DNA of 64,000 nt from an uncultured Collinsella sp. (lineage in GTDB: Bacteria > Actinomycetota > Coriobacteriia > Coriobacteriales > Coriobacteriaceae): positions 2,945 to 66,944 of the forward strand of contig CABQJU010000007.1 in assembly GCA_902464575.1 (NCBI GenBank), in the 5' to 3' direction. Within the stretch, counting starts at the first letter, position 1, and each line of letters opens with the position of its first letter. Both the position numbers and the translations under genes were made by a program. Below are positions 47,849 to 56,471 of this stretch, piece after piece. The notes beneath the pieces are model-generated. The model had not been told where the DNA came from and made no database searches. It worked only from the letters and a program-made list of their open reading frames with translations.

Positions 47849-48146
47849 GTCTCAATCTGTAACACCCACTCGGCCAAAACGGTCCTACCTGTTACAGATC
47901 AAGACAAACCGATCCTTTCCCTAGGGTTTATCTCAATCTGTAACATCTAACGTCCGAAATCCGCCCTTACTGTTACAGATTGAGACAAAAGGATAAGCCG
48001 GCTAATACAATCTCGTTCTGTAACAGGTAGCTGCCGAAATCAGCCTCCCGTGTTACAGATCGAGATGAAAGGATAGGCAGCTCGATGCTGTCTCAATCTG
48101 TAACATCTAGACCCAATTTGGCCCTCCTCCTGTTACAGATTGAGAC
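47849..48146. repeat. Tandem array of four hairpin units (15-16-bp inverted arms, 25-nt loops, about 80-bp period)
   Basis: Arms GTCTCAATCTGTAACA / TGTTACAGATTGAGAC at 47849/47890, 47931/47971, 48011/48051 and 48090/48131; loops share a ccgaaat-like core; sits between two convergent terminators. Confidence 0.9.
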
Positions 48147-48170
48147 AAACTGACAGACGAACGGTCCCAA

Positions 48171-48215
48171 CACAAAGAAAGGCTCCCCTCTCGCCCAGTG
48201 GACGGGAGGGGAGTC
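48171..48215 (-). terminator. Intrinsic terminator of the sugar ABC operon
   Basis: ctcccctc-15 nt-gaggggag; on the minus strand it is followed by tttctttgtg. Confidence 0.6.
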
Positions 48216-48285
48216 TTATATGTGACCGCGGCAAAAGGATGGCAATACCGCAGTCGCCCAAAGGGAGGGCCTGGATGCACCGGGC

Positions 48286-49485
48286 CTAGATAAGGTTCTT
48301 GCCAGACACCTTATCGAAGAGATGGGTCGCGTTCTTCTCGAACTTGAACCAGATGGAGTCGCCCGCCTTGAGCGCACCCTTGGCCTCAAGGTCGACAACG
48401 GGAATGATCAGGACGAACTGGCCATCGGGAGCGGTCACGTGGACATGCTCGGTCGAACCCATGAGCTCGGTCACCTCGACGGTACCCTGGAGCGCACCCT
48501 CCTCGCCCTTGTCGGCAAGCAGAATCTGCTCGGGGCGCACGCCGGCCGTAATCTCCTTCACGTCGCCGCCGTCCCAGTTGAGAGCAAGCTGAGAGCAGGT
48601 CTCGGGGGCGAGCGCCACGTTCATATCCTCGGTCTTGACGGTGAAGCCGTTGCCCGAGCGCGCCAGCTGGGCATCGAAGAAGTTCATCTGCGGCACGCCG
48701 ATAAAGCCGGCAACGAAGATGTTCGCGGGATGGTTGAAGACCTCCTGCGGGGTGGCGATCTGCTGGACGACGCCGTCCTTCATGACCACAATGCGATCGC
48801 CGAGGGTCATGGCCTCGGTCTGGTCGTGGGTGACGTAGATGAACGTGCCCTTGATCTCGTGGCGCAGCTTGATGAGTTCGGCACGCATCTGGTTACGAAG
48901 CTTAGCGTCCAGGTTGGACAGCGGCTCGTCCATCAGGAAGACCTTAGGATCACGCACGATGGCGCGGCCGATAGCGACACGCTGGCGCTGGCCGCCCGAA
49001 AGCGCCTTGGGCTTGCGGTCGAGGTACTCGGTGATACCCAAGATCTCGGCAGCGGAGCGAACCTTGCGGTCGATCTCGTCTTTGGGGACCTTCTTGAGCT
49101 CAAGCGTAAACGCCATGTTCTCGTACACCGTCATGTTGGGGTACAGAGCGTAGCTCTGGAACACCATGGCGATGTCGCGGTCCTTGGGCGCCACGTCGTT
49201 GACGCGCTTGCCGTCGATGAGCACATCGCCCGAGGTAATGTCCTCCAGGCCGGCAACCATGCGCATCGTCGTGGACTTACCGCAGCCAGAGGGACCAACG
49301 AGAACGACGAACTCCTGGTCGTGAACGGTGAGGTTGAAGTCCTCTACAGCGAGCACGCCATCCTCGGTAACCTTAAGGTTATGCTTCTTCTCCTCGGTCT
49401 TCTTCTTTTTGCCAAAGAAGCCCTTCTTTTTGGACTCGGTGTTGGGATACACCTTCTGAACATGTTTGAGAACGATCTCGGCCAT
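48286..49485 (-). CDS. Sugar ABC transporter ATP-binding protein (MsiK/MsmK/MalK type) with a Lys-rich N-terminal insertion
   Basis: 399 aa; GPSGCGKST, LSGGQRQRV, FLMDEPLSNLD and a C-terminal MalK-like regulatory domain; extra segment ESKKKGFFGKKKKTEEKKHNLKVTEDG before Walker A. Confidence 0.9.
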   Translation of the reverse strand: MAEIVLKHVQKVYPNTESKKKGFFGKKKKTEEKKHNLKVTEDGVLAVEDFNLTVHDQEFVVLVGPSGCGKSTTMRMVAGLEDITSGDVLIDGKRVNDVAPKDRDIAMVFQSYALYPNMTVYENMAFTLELKKVPKDEIDRKVRSAAEILGITEYLDRKPKALSGGQRQRVAIGRAIVRDPKVFLMDEPLSNLDAKLRNQMRAELIKLRHEIKGTFIYVTHDQTEAMTLGDRIVVMKDGVVQQIATPQEVFNHPANIFVAGFIGVPQMNFFDAQLARSGNGFTVKTEDMNVALAPETCSQLALNWDGGDVKEITAGVRPEQILLADKGEEGALQGTVEVTELMGSTEHVHVTAPDGQFVLIIPVVDLEAKGALKAGDSIWFKFEKNATHLFDKVSGKNLI

Positions 49486-49502
49486 GTCTTTACCTTTCGA
49501 TG

Positions 49503-49529
49503 TGCGGCGCCGCGCTGAGGGGCGCCGCA
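49503..49529 (-). promoter_or_regulatory. GC-rich hairpin in the 5' UTR of the msiK-like gene
   Basis: 9-bp stem tgcggcgcc/ggcgccgca with a 9-nt loop, 18 nt upstream of the start codon; position resembles the actinobacterial msiK leader motif (not verifiable here). Confidence 0.3.
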
Positions 49530-49553
49530 GAAACTTGCAAAACAGTTACGACA

Positions 49554-50393
49554 TCAGCCCTTGACGGCACCTGCCACCACGCCGTCGATGATGTACTTCT
49601 GGCAGAGGATGTACATGATGACGATGGGGATAACGACCATCATGATGCAGGCCATCATGGGGCCGAGCTCGACGTGGCCATAGCCGCCGCGGAAGTACTG
49701 GATCAAGATAGGAATGGTCTTGTACTTGGTGGAGTCGAGGGTGAGGTAGGGCAGCAGGTAGTCGTTCCAGACCCACATGGTCTCGAGAATGCCGACCGAA
49801 AGATAGGTGGGCTTCATGATGGGAAGGACGATTTTAAAGAACACCTGGACCGGGTTGCAGCCGTCGATCATGGCCGCCTCCTCGATCTCGAGCGGGATGT
49901 TCTTTACAAAGCCGGCGAACATAAAGACCGCCAGGCCTGCGCCAAAGCCAAGGTAGATAAAGCAGATGTTGAACGGCGTGTTGAAGCCGATGCGGTCCGC
50001 CAAATTGGACAGCGTGAACATGAGCATCTGGAACGGCACGACCATCGAGAACACGAACAGGTAATAGAAGAAGTTCGAGATCTTGTTGTTGACGCGCACC
50101 ACGTACCAAGCGCACATGGAGCAGCACACCAAAATCAGCACGACCGACGTGACCGTGATAATGAGCGAGTACATAAACGCCGAGGCAAAGCCCTGCTCGT
50201 TAAGGGCGTGCACGTAGTTTGCAAGGCCGTTGAACGTCTCGGGCGTGAGCAAATCGAATGCCGTGGTGGTGCTGATTGCAGTTCCCTTTTTAAAGGAATT
50301 GAGCGCAATCATGAACACGGGGTAGATCCACGCGAGCGACAGGATCGTAAAGAAAATCGAGAGCGCGCGGTTGATAACCTTATCGCGTTTCAT
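49554..50393 (-). CDS. Carbohydrate ABC transporter permease (MalG-like)
   Basis: 279 aa, 6 TM segments, EAA-loop IEEAAMIDGCNPVQVF. Confidence 0.9.
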   Translation of the reverse strand: MKRDKVINRALSIFFTILSLAWIYPVFMIALNSFKKGTAISTTTAFDLLTPETFNGLANYVHALNEQGFASAFMYSLIITVTSVVLILVCCSMCAWYVVRVNNKISNFFYYLFVFSMVVPFQMLMFTLSNLADRIGFNTPFNICFIYLGFGAGLAVFMFAGFVKNIPLEIEEAAMIDGCNPVQVFFKIVLPIMKPTYLSVGILETMWVWNDYLLPYLTLDSTKYKTIPILIQYFRGGYGHVELGPMMACIMMVVIPIVIMYILCQKYIIDGVVAGAVKG

Positions 50394-51247
50394 TACTGCT
50401 GCACCTCCTTGGACCTCGTGGCCTTAAGCTGAATCATGGAGATGGCTACGACCAGGATGCAGAAGATAACCGCCTTGGCCTGACCGATGCCCTGCCATGC
50501 GATGCCGGCACGCGAGTAGAACGTGTTGTAGATGTTCAGGGCGAGCATCTCGGTGGAGTGCGCGGGGGCGCCGCCGGTAAGGGCGAGGTTCTGGTCGAAC
50601 AGCTTAAAGCCGTTGGTGATGGACAGGAACAGGCAGATGGTAATCGTCGGCATCAGATTGGGGATCTTAACCTTCCAGAACGTCTGCCATGCCGTGGCAC
50701 CGTCAACCTTGGCGGCCTCGATGTAGTCGGACGGAATGGACTGCAGACCGGCGATGTAGATGATCATCATGTAGCCGACCTGCTGCCACAGGGTCAGGAT
50801 GATAAGGCCCCAGAAGCCAGCAGCAGAGTTAAGGGCGATGAGCTGGGCGCCGATGTTGGAGAGCAGGCAGTTGATCAAGATCTGCCAGATGTAGCCCAGC
50901 ACGATGCCGCCGATCAGGTTAGGCATAAAGAAGATCGTACGGAAGATGTTGGTGCCTTTGAGCGCCTTGCGGGTGAGCGCCTGCGCAATTGCCAGGGCGA
51001 TCACGTTGATGAGCACCGTCGACAGGAAGGCAAACGCCACGGTAAAGAAGAACGACGTGGCAAACTGCGGATCGGACAGCGCGCGCACGTAGTTCGCGAT
51101 ACCGACAAAGTGCGCGTTGTTAATGGTAATAAACTGGCAGAACGAGAGATAGAAGCCCTGGATAAAAGGGATCACGAACCCGATCATAAACGCCAGGCAC
51201 GTGGGCAGCATAAAGAGCGGCCACCAGCGCTTGAGTGCTTTGCCCAT
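50393..51247 (-). CDS. Carbohydrate ABC transporter permease (MalF-like)
   Basis: 284 aa, EAA-loop YIEAAKVDGATAWQTF; stop overlaps the start of the next permease gene. Confidence 0.9.
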   Translation of the reverse strand: MGKALKRWWPLFMLPTCLAFMIGFVIPFIQGFYLSFCQFITINNAHFVGIANYVRALSDPQFATSFFFTVAFAFLSTVLINVIALAIAQALTRKALKGTNIFRTIFFMPNLIGGIVLGYIWQILINCLLSNIGAQLIALNSAAGFWGLIILTLWQQVGYMMIIYIAGLQSIPSDYIEAAKVDGATAWQTFWKVKIPNLMPTITICLFLSITNGFKLFDQNLALTGGAPAHSTEMLALNIYNTFYSRAGIAWQGIGQAKAVIFCILVVAISMIQLKATRSKEVQQ

Positions 51248-51334
51248 AAAAGGGTCCTTTCAATATGCAGGGGGCGGGCAAACCAACGTCTGCCCGCCCC
51301 CTGTCGCTAATCAGATAGCTTGGGCAGCAACTGC

Positions 51335-52651
51335 TTACTCGGAAGCAGCCTTCTCGGTCTTCCAGCCATCGACGAAGGCGTTCTTGACGCCGTCCCACTT
51401 GGTGTTGTCGGCAGCATAAGCAATGAGAGCCTGCTTGAGGTTCTTCTTCCACTCCTCAGAGGGGATGTAGACGAAGTCCCAAGCAACGGTCTTCTTGCCG
51501 TCCTTGGCCATGGCAACGGCCTGCTGCGAGAAGACGTTGGTGGTTTCCTTGGCGCTCTTGAACGGGGCAGTCAGACCCATCTTGTCAGCGATGATGCTGG
51601 TGGCGGTGTCAGAAGTGACGCACCAATACATGAAGTCCTCGGTGGCCTTCTGAGCATCCTCGGAAGCCTGGGAGCTCACGCACCAGTAGTTCTCGCCGCC
51701 GGAGCACAGGCCCTGGTTCTCCTCGCCGTCAACGCCGATGTAGATCGGCAGCATGCCGAGCTGGTCGTCGGTCATACCGGCCTTGGTGAGGTCAGCGTAT
51801 GCCCAAGAGCCGTTCTGATAGAAGACGGCCTTGCCGGTTGCGAACTCGTTGGTGGCGTCGTCGCCGGTCTTGGAAGCAAGCTGCGAAGGATCGCAGGTGG
51901 AGTCGGTGATGTACAGGTCGAAAATCTGCTTGAAGTTGTCGAGATACTCGCCCTTGATCTCGTCGTCCTCCTGGTTGTGCTCCTTCTCGAACTCGTAGTA
52001 GAGCGGGAGGTTGGCGAGGTGAGTGGTGTAGCGCCAGCTGGAGGAGTCATCCATGCCGGCAGAAGTGAAGGCACCCTCAACACCAAGCTCGTCCTTGCGG
52101 GCCTGGATGTCGTCAGCACAAGCCTTCAGCTTGTCGAAGGAGTTGATGTCCTCGGCCTTGTAGCCAGCCTTCTCGAGCAGCTGCTTGTTGTAGATGATGC
52201 CGTAGCTCTCCTGAACCCAGTCGATGCCCAGATCCTTACCGTCGGACTGCAGCGCCAGGGAGTCATCGATGAGCTCACCGCGGAGCTTGGTGTCGGACAG
52301 GTCGGCGCAGTAGTCCTTCCAGTTCTTAAGGCCGGTGGGGCCGTTGACCTGGAACAGCGTCGGAGCGGAGCTCTTGGACATCTCGGACTTGAGCTTCTCC
52401 TCGTAGGTGTTGGAGGCGGCGGTCACGATCTTGACCTCGATGCCCTTCTCCTCCTTGTACGCCTTGGCGATCTCCTTCCACTCCTTGTCGACCTCAGGCT
52501 TGAATTGGAGGAAGTAGACCTCGGCAGCGTCACCAGAAGCAGAGGAGCCGGAGCCGGCGGAGCCACCGCAGCCCACGAGACCCAGACCAAGAACCGCAGC
52601 CGCGGAACCAGCAAAGCCCAGGAACTGCCTTCTGCTCATTTCGTTCTTCAT
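51335..52651 (-). CDS. Sugar ABC transporter substrate-binding lipoprotein
   Basis: 438 aa from ATG 52651 with AAAGGGTGG SD; Tat/lipobox-like MSRRQFLGFAGSAAAVLGLGLVGCGG. Confidence 0.88.
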   Translation of the reverse strand: MKNEMSRRQFLGFAGSAAAVLGLGLVGCGGSAGSGSSASGDAAEVYFLQFKPEVDKEWKEIAKAYKEEKGIEVKIVTAASNTYEEKLKSEMSKSSAPTLFQVNGPTGLKNWKDYCADLSDTKLRGELIDDSLALQSDGKDLGIDWVQESYGIIYNKQLLEKAGYKAEDINSFDKLKACADDIQARKDELGVEGAFTSAGMDDSSSWRYTTHLANLPLYYEFEKEHNQEDDEIKGEYLDNFKQIFDLYITDSTCDPSQLASKTGDDATNEFATGKAVFYQNGSWAYADLTKAGMTDDQLGMLPIYIGVDGEENQGLCSGGENYWCVSSQASEDAQKATEDFMYWCVTSDTATSIIADKMGLTAPFKSAKETTNVFSQQAVAMAKDGKKTVAWDFVYIPSEEWKKNLKQALIAYAADNTKWDGVKNAFVDGWKTEKAASE

Positions 52652-52864
52652 TACAATCCACCCTTTCACACCGTGGCGGCACCCTTTGCCGCCGCCTTCG
52701 GAGATTGGCTCGGGGACTTTGCCCCTTTTGCTGATTTGTACAATACGCTATTTGACTAGTTGTTTGAACAAGTATTACAAGAGCGGTAGAAAAACTTCGG
52801 TGAACGGTAATTTCAACTTGATACTTGACAAGTTTTGTATAAACAATTATTTGTTATCAAATGC

Positions 52865-52919
52865 AGCGAAAACGCCCGGTCAAACCGATGCATCGTCGGT
52901 TTGACCGGGCGTTTTCGCT
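52865..52919. terminator. 24-bp perfect-stem hairpin between the GntR gene and the ABC operon promoter
   Basis: agcgaaaacgcccggtcaaaccga-tgcatcg-tcggtttgaccgggcgttttcgct. Confidence 0.6.
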
Positions 52920-52957
52920 TTGAGGGCATGAGTCTCGTCAGGCTGCGAGCTAGCCGG

Positions 52958-53677
52958 CTATCGCTTGGAGTTGACGCGGTAGTGGAAGATCTCGGGGTGT
53001 GTGCGAGCGTGCGTCACCTCAAATAAGATGCCATCCGAGGTGTACGACTGGCTCTCCATGACGGCAACGCAGTTGTATTTGCCGAGGTCAAGATAGCTGC
53101 AGTCCTCATCATTGGCAAGCTCGACGCTCACTGTACGGCGACTCGCCATCACCTTGACGCCGCGTTTGTGCTCCAGATAGTCGTAAATTGACTTTGCGGC
53201 GATCTCGGGCGTCAGGCCCTTGGCGATTGACTCCAAAAAGTAACCATGGTCTACTTGGCGCGCATTGCCGTTGAGGCTTCGGACACGCACCACGCGAATC
53301 AACTCCTCGCCCACCTTAAAGCCCAGGCGACGAGAGAGTTGCTCAGTGCAAATCAAATGTTCAAAAGACTTGACCTCGGTCGATGCGACGGCATTGTTGC
53401 GCTTTGCAAATTCGCCAAACGACTCGACTTCCTCGAGTGCGCCCAGCATGTCGGTTTCGCCCTTGAGCCAAATAACGCGCACGCCCTTGCCGTGTATAGG
53501 CTGCACAAACATCTGGTCGGCCAGCATGCTCAAGGCGCGTCGAACGGTATTGCGCGTGCAGCCAAACTCCGCGGTCAGCTCGGCTTCGGTTGGCAGCATC
53601 TCCTGAAACGCATAAGTCCCGTTAATGATGCGCGAACGGATCTCGCGGTAGATTCCTTCGTAAATCGCTTTTGGCAT
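52958..53677 (-). CDS. GntR/HutC-family regulator (TreR-like), divergent from the PTS-HAD gene
   Basis: 239 aa; wHTH TEAELTAEFGCTRNTVRRALSML plus UTRA domain. Confidence 0.87.
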   Translation of the reverse strand: MPKAIYEGIYREIRSRIINGTYAFQEMLPTEAELTAEFGCTRNTVRRALSMLADQMFVQPIHGKGVRVIWLKGETDMLGALEEVESFGEFAKRNNAVASTEVKSFEHLICTEQLSRRLGFKVGEELIRVVRVRSLNGNARQVDHGYFLESIAKGLTPEIAAKSIYDYLEHKRGVKVMASRRTVSVELANDEDCSYLDLGKYNCVAVMESQSYTSDGILFEVTHARTHPEIFHYRVNSKR

Positions 53678-53904
53678 GACTTCACCTCTAATGAATATGT
53701 ATGGTTAGGCACGATAGCATTTCTTAAAGTTGTTTAAACCGATTATCGGCAAAGCGACAGGATTTAACCGTTGACGGTTTCTGTCCCGCCCAAACCGGTT
53801 TCGATCAAAACTGCCGGTACGACAATCGTCTGGTCCTCTACAATGAATCCATTGTTTAAACGTTTCACCACGCGCAACGCGCCTCGATATTCGGGAGGCA
53901 GAAC

Positions 53905-56358
53905 ATGCTGCAAAAAATCCAACGCTTTGGCGGGGCAATGTTCGCGCCCGCCATGCTGTTTTCCATATCGGGCCTTATGGTCGGCGTCTCCGCCCTCGCA
54001 ACGTCTGCGGATATCGTCGGCGACCTCGCCGTATACGGAACCCCTTGGTACGTTTTTTGGACTATCATTCAGCGCGGCTCGTGGACGGTCTTTAAACGAC
54101 TTCCGCTCCTTTTTGCCGTAGCGCTTCCCATCGGCCTTGCCCAAAAGCAACCGGCACGTTGTTGCCTCGAGGCGCTCGTGGCTTATTTTGCCTATTGCTT
54201 CTTTTTGAGCGAGATCATCAAGCTAAGCGGAGACAACCTTGGACTTAAGTACCCGTCGTCTTTGACCCCCGCTAGCGGCATTACCATCATCGACGGCATC
54301 AAGACGCTCGACACCGGCATTATCGGCCCGCTAGCGGTATCGGCAACCGTCGTCGCCATCCATGACCGCTTCTACGATGCCAAGGTCCCCGATTGGCTCG
54401 GCACCTTCTCGGGTTCCTCGCTGGTCTACCTCATCAGCTTTTTTGCCGTGTTCGCCCTTGCCGCCATCTCGGCCGCCATCGTGCCCTTCGTATACGCAGC
54501 GACCGAAACGCTGCGCCACGCACTTGTGGGCGTCGGCCCCCTCGGCGTGGGTATCTTTGCGTTTTTGGAGCGAGCACTCGAGCCCATGGGGCTGCACCAC
54601 CTGCTCTACATGCCTATCTACTACGACAATTTAGTTATTAACGACGGCATCTACGCCACGTGGACCAACTTGCTTCCCATCCTCTCGCACAGCACGCGCC
54701 CCCTCAATGAGCTTGCGCCGTGGGCCGGTTTTACCGCCACCGGCTGGGTCAAGCTCTTTGGCCTTCCTGCCATCGCGGCTGCGTTCTACTCCACCGCAAA
54801 GCCCGAGCGCCGCGCTGCCCTCAAGGTCATCCTGGTTCCCGCCATTGTTGCCTCAGTGGTCTGCGGCGTCACCGAACCGCTCGAGTTTCTCTTTATGTTC
54901 ACCTATCCCGGACTCTTTTTGCTCTATGCCGTCCTATCTTCCTGCCTCGCCATGGCTATGAACTTCTTTGGCGTCGTCGGCATCTTCTCGGGCGGTTTTA
55001 TGGAAATGGCTGCCTTCAACTTTATCCCGCTCATGCGGACGCATGCCGGCTCCTACCTTTTGGCACTCGGAATCGGACTCATCTTTAGCGTCATCTTCTT
55101 TCTGAGCTTTCGAGGTCTTATCCTGACCTTTGACCTTAAAACCCCGGGACGCGAGGACCATATCGCCAGCAACGCGGCGCTCTCGCGCTTGACGGGAGAC
55201 GACGTTGACGAAAAGCGCACATCCAAAACCGGCGCTTCCGACGACCAGGCCTCACAAGATCATCTGCTCGCCGAGCAGGTTGTGACGCTTCTGGGCGGCG
55301 TCTCCAACATTGTGGGCGCAACCAACTGCGCCACGCGGCTGCGCGTCGAAGTCGTGGACCCCTCCATCGTCGCGGACAATGCGACCTTTGTCGCAGCGGG
55401 TGCCAAAGGCCTCATCATTACGGGCAAGACCGCCCAGGTGATCATCGGCATCTCCGTTCCCCGCGTTAAAGAGCATTTTGACCAGATCATGGGCCTCGAG
55501 CCGGAATTTGTGCCCACCACCTCGGCCTCCCCTGCCGCCAGCGCAGCCCATAAGCGCGGCGATATTTGCTTCTTCGATATCGACGGAACGCTCGCCTGGC
55601 AAGACCCCAGGCTCGCCCAAGACCTTCCCGAAGACGAGCGGGACCTCTCCCCCTATCCCAACGAGGCGGTTTCGCAGGCAATCCGCGAGTTTGTCGCCAA
55701 CGGCAACATGGCCTTTATCTGCACGGGACGTACCCTGAGCTGCATCCACCCCAAACTTCTTGAGCTGCCCTGGACCGGCATCGTCTGTCTTGCGGGCGGT
55801 TACGCCGAGATCAACGGACACGCAATTCGCGATCTGTCGATGACACCCAGCATGCTGCAGCATCTTGCCCCCTATCTTGAGCAATCGGGCGAGGTCATCC
55901 GCTTTGAGGGCCTCAACGGCGTCGTGCGCATGAGTGCCGATGCGCCCGATGCTCCCGGATACGCGCGCACCCTGGGCGACGCAGTCACGCAGCTGCAACA
56001 TTACAGTGTCTACAAGATCTTGATGTCTACATCACTCGCCAACCACATCGCTCAAGATAAGGCACTTGAGCCGCTACTGTGCTTTAACGAGCTCGAACTC
56101 GAGGTAACCGAAATCTCGCCCCGCGAATGCACGAAGCGCGGGGGCATCCAGTCTGTACTCGACGCCCTCGATCCCCACCACGGAACCGTATACGGCATTG
56201 GCGACGCCAGCAATGACGTCTCGCTGATGAACGCCGTCGATGTCGGTATCGCCATGGGCAATGCGCCGGACTATCTCAAGGATAAGGCCGATTACGTGAC
56301 CGACACCGTCGATCACGACGGTGTCGTTGCGGCGCTCGAGCATTTTGGGCTGATTTAG
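53905..56358 (+). CDS. PTS glucose-family EIIC-EIIB fused to a Cof-type (HAD-IIB) sugar-phosphate phosphatase
   Basis: 817 aa. EIIC with VTEPLEF; EIIB with NCATRLRV phospho-Cys motif; C-terminal ~270 aa with FFDIDGTL (HAD motif I), ICTGR and GIGDASNDVSLM (motif IV). GGGAGG SD. Confidence 0.85.
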   Translation: MLQKIQRFGGAMFAPAMLFSISGLMVGVSALATSADIVGDLAVYGTPWYVFWTIIQRGSWTVFKRLPLLFAVALPIGLAQKQPARCCLEALVAYFAYCFFLSEIIKLSGDNLGLKYPSSLTPASGITIIDGIKTLDTGIIGPLAVSATVVAIHDRFYDAKVPDWLGTFSGSSLVYLISFFAVFALAAISAAIVPFVYAATETLRHALVGVGPLGVGIFAFLERALEPMGLHHLLYMPIYYDNLVINDGIYATWTNLLPILSHSTRPLNELAPWAGFTATGWVKLFGLPAIAAAFYSTAKPERRAALKVILVPAIVASVVCGVTEPLEFLFMFTYPGLFLLYAVLSSCLAMAMNFFGVVGIFSGGFMEMAAFNFIPLMRTHAGSYLLALGIGLIFSVIFFLSFRGLILTFDLKTPGREDHIASNAALSRLTGDDVDEKRTSKTGASDDQASQDHLLAEQVVTLLGGVSNIVGATNCATRLRVEVVDPSIVADNATFVAAGAKGLIITGKTAQVIIGISVPRVKEHFDQIMGLEPEFVPTTSASPAASAAHKRGDICFFDIDGTLAWQDPRLAQDLPEDERDLSPYPNEAVSQAIREFVANGNMAFICTGRTLSCIHPKLLELPWTGIVCLAGGYAEINGHAIRDLSMTPSMLQHLAPYLEQSGEVIRFEGLNGVVRMSADAPDAPGYARTLGDAVTQLQHYSVYKILMSTSLANHIAQDKALEPLLCFNELELEVTEISPRECTKRGGIQSVLDALDPHHGTVYGIGDASNDVSLMNAVDVGIAMGNAPDYLKDKADYVTDTVDHDGVVAALEHFGLI

Positions 56359-56471
56359 GCGCGCTCCATCAAACGCACGCCCGTTGTCCCAAATCGCCAA
56401 AACTGCCGCGCCAAACGCCCTAATGTGGCAATATGTTGTCTGCATATTGCATCAACGCAACCTCAGAAAGA

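Noticed and set aside
47849-48146. CRISPR array
   Set aside because: The repeats alternate in orientation and form hairpins. The 25-nt 'spacers' are diverged copies of one sequence. No cas genes are in the window.
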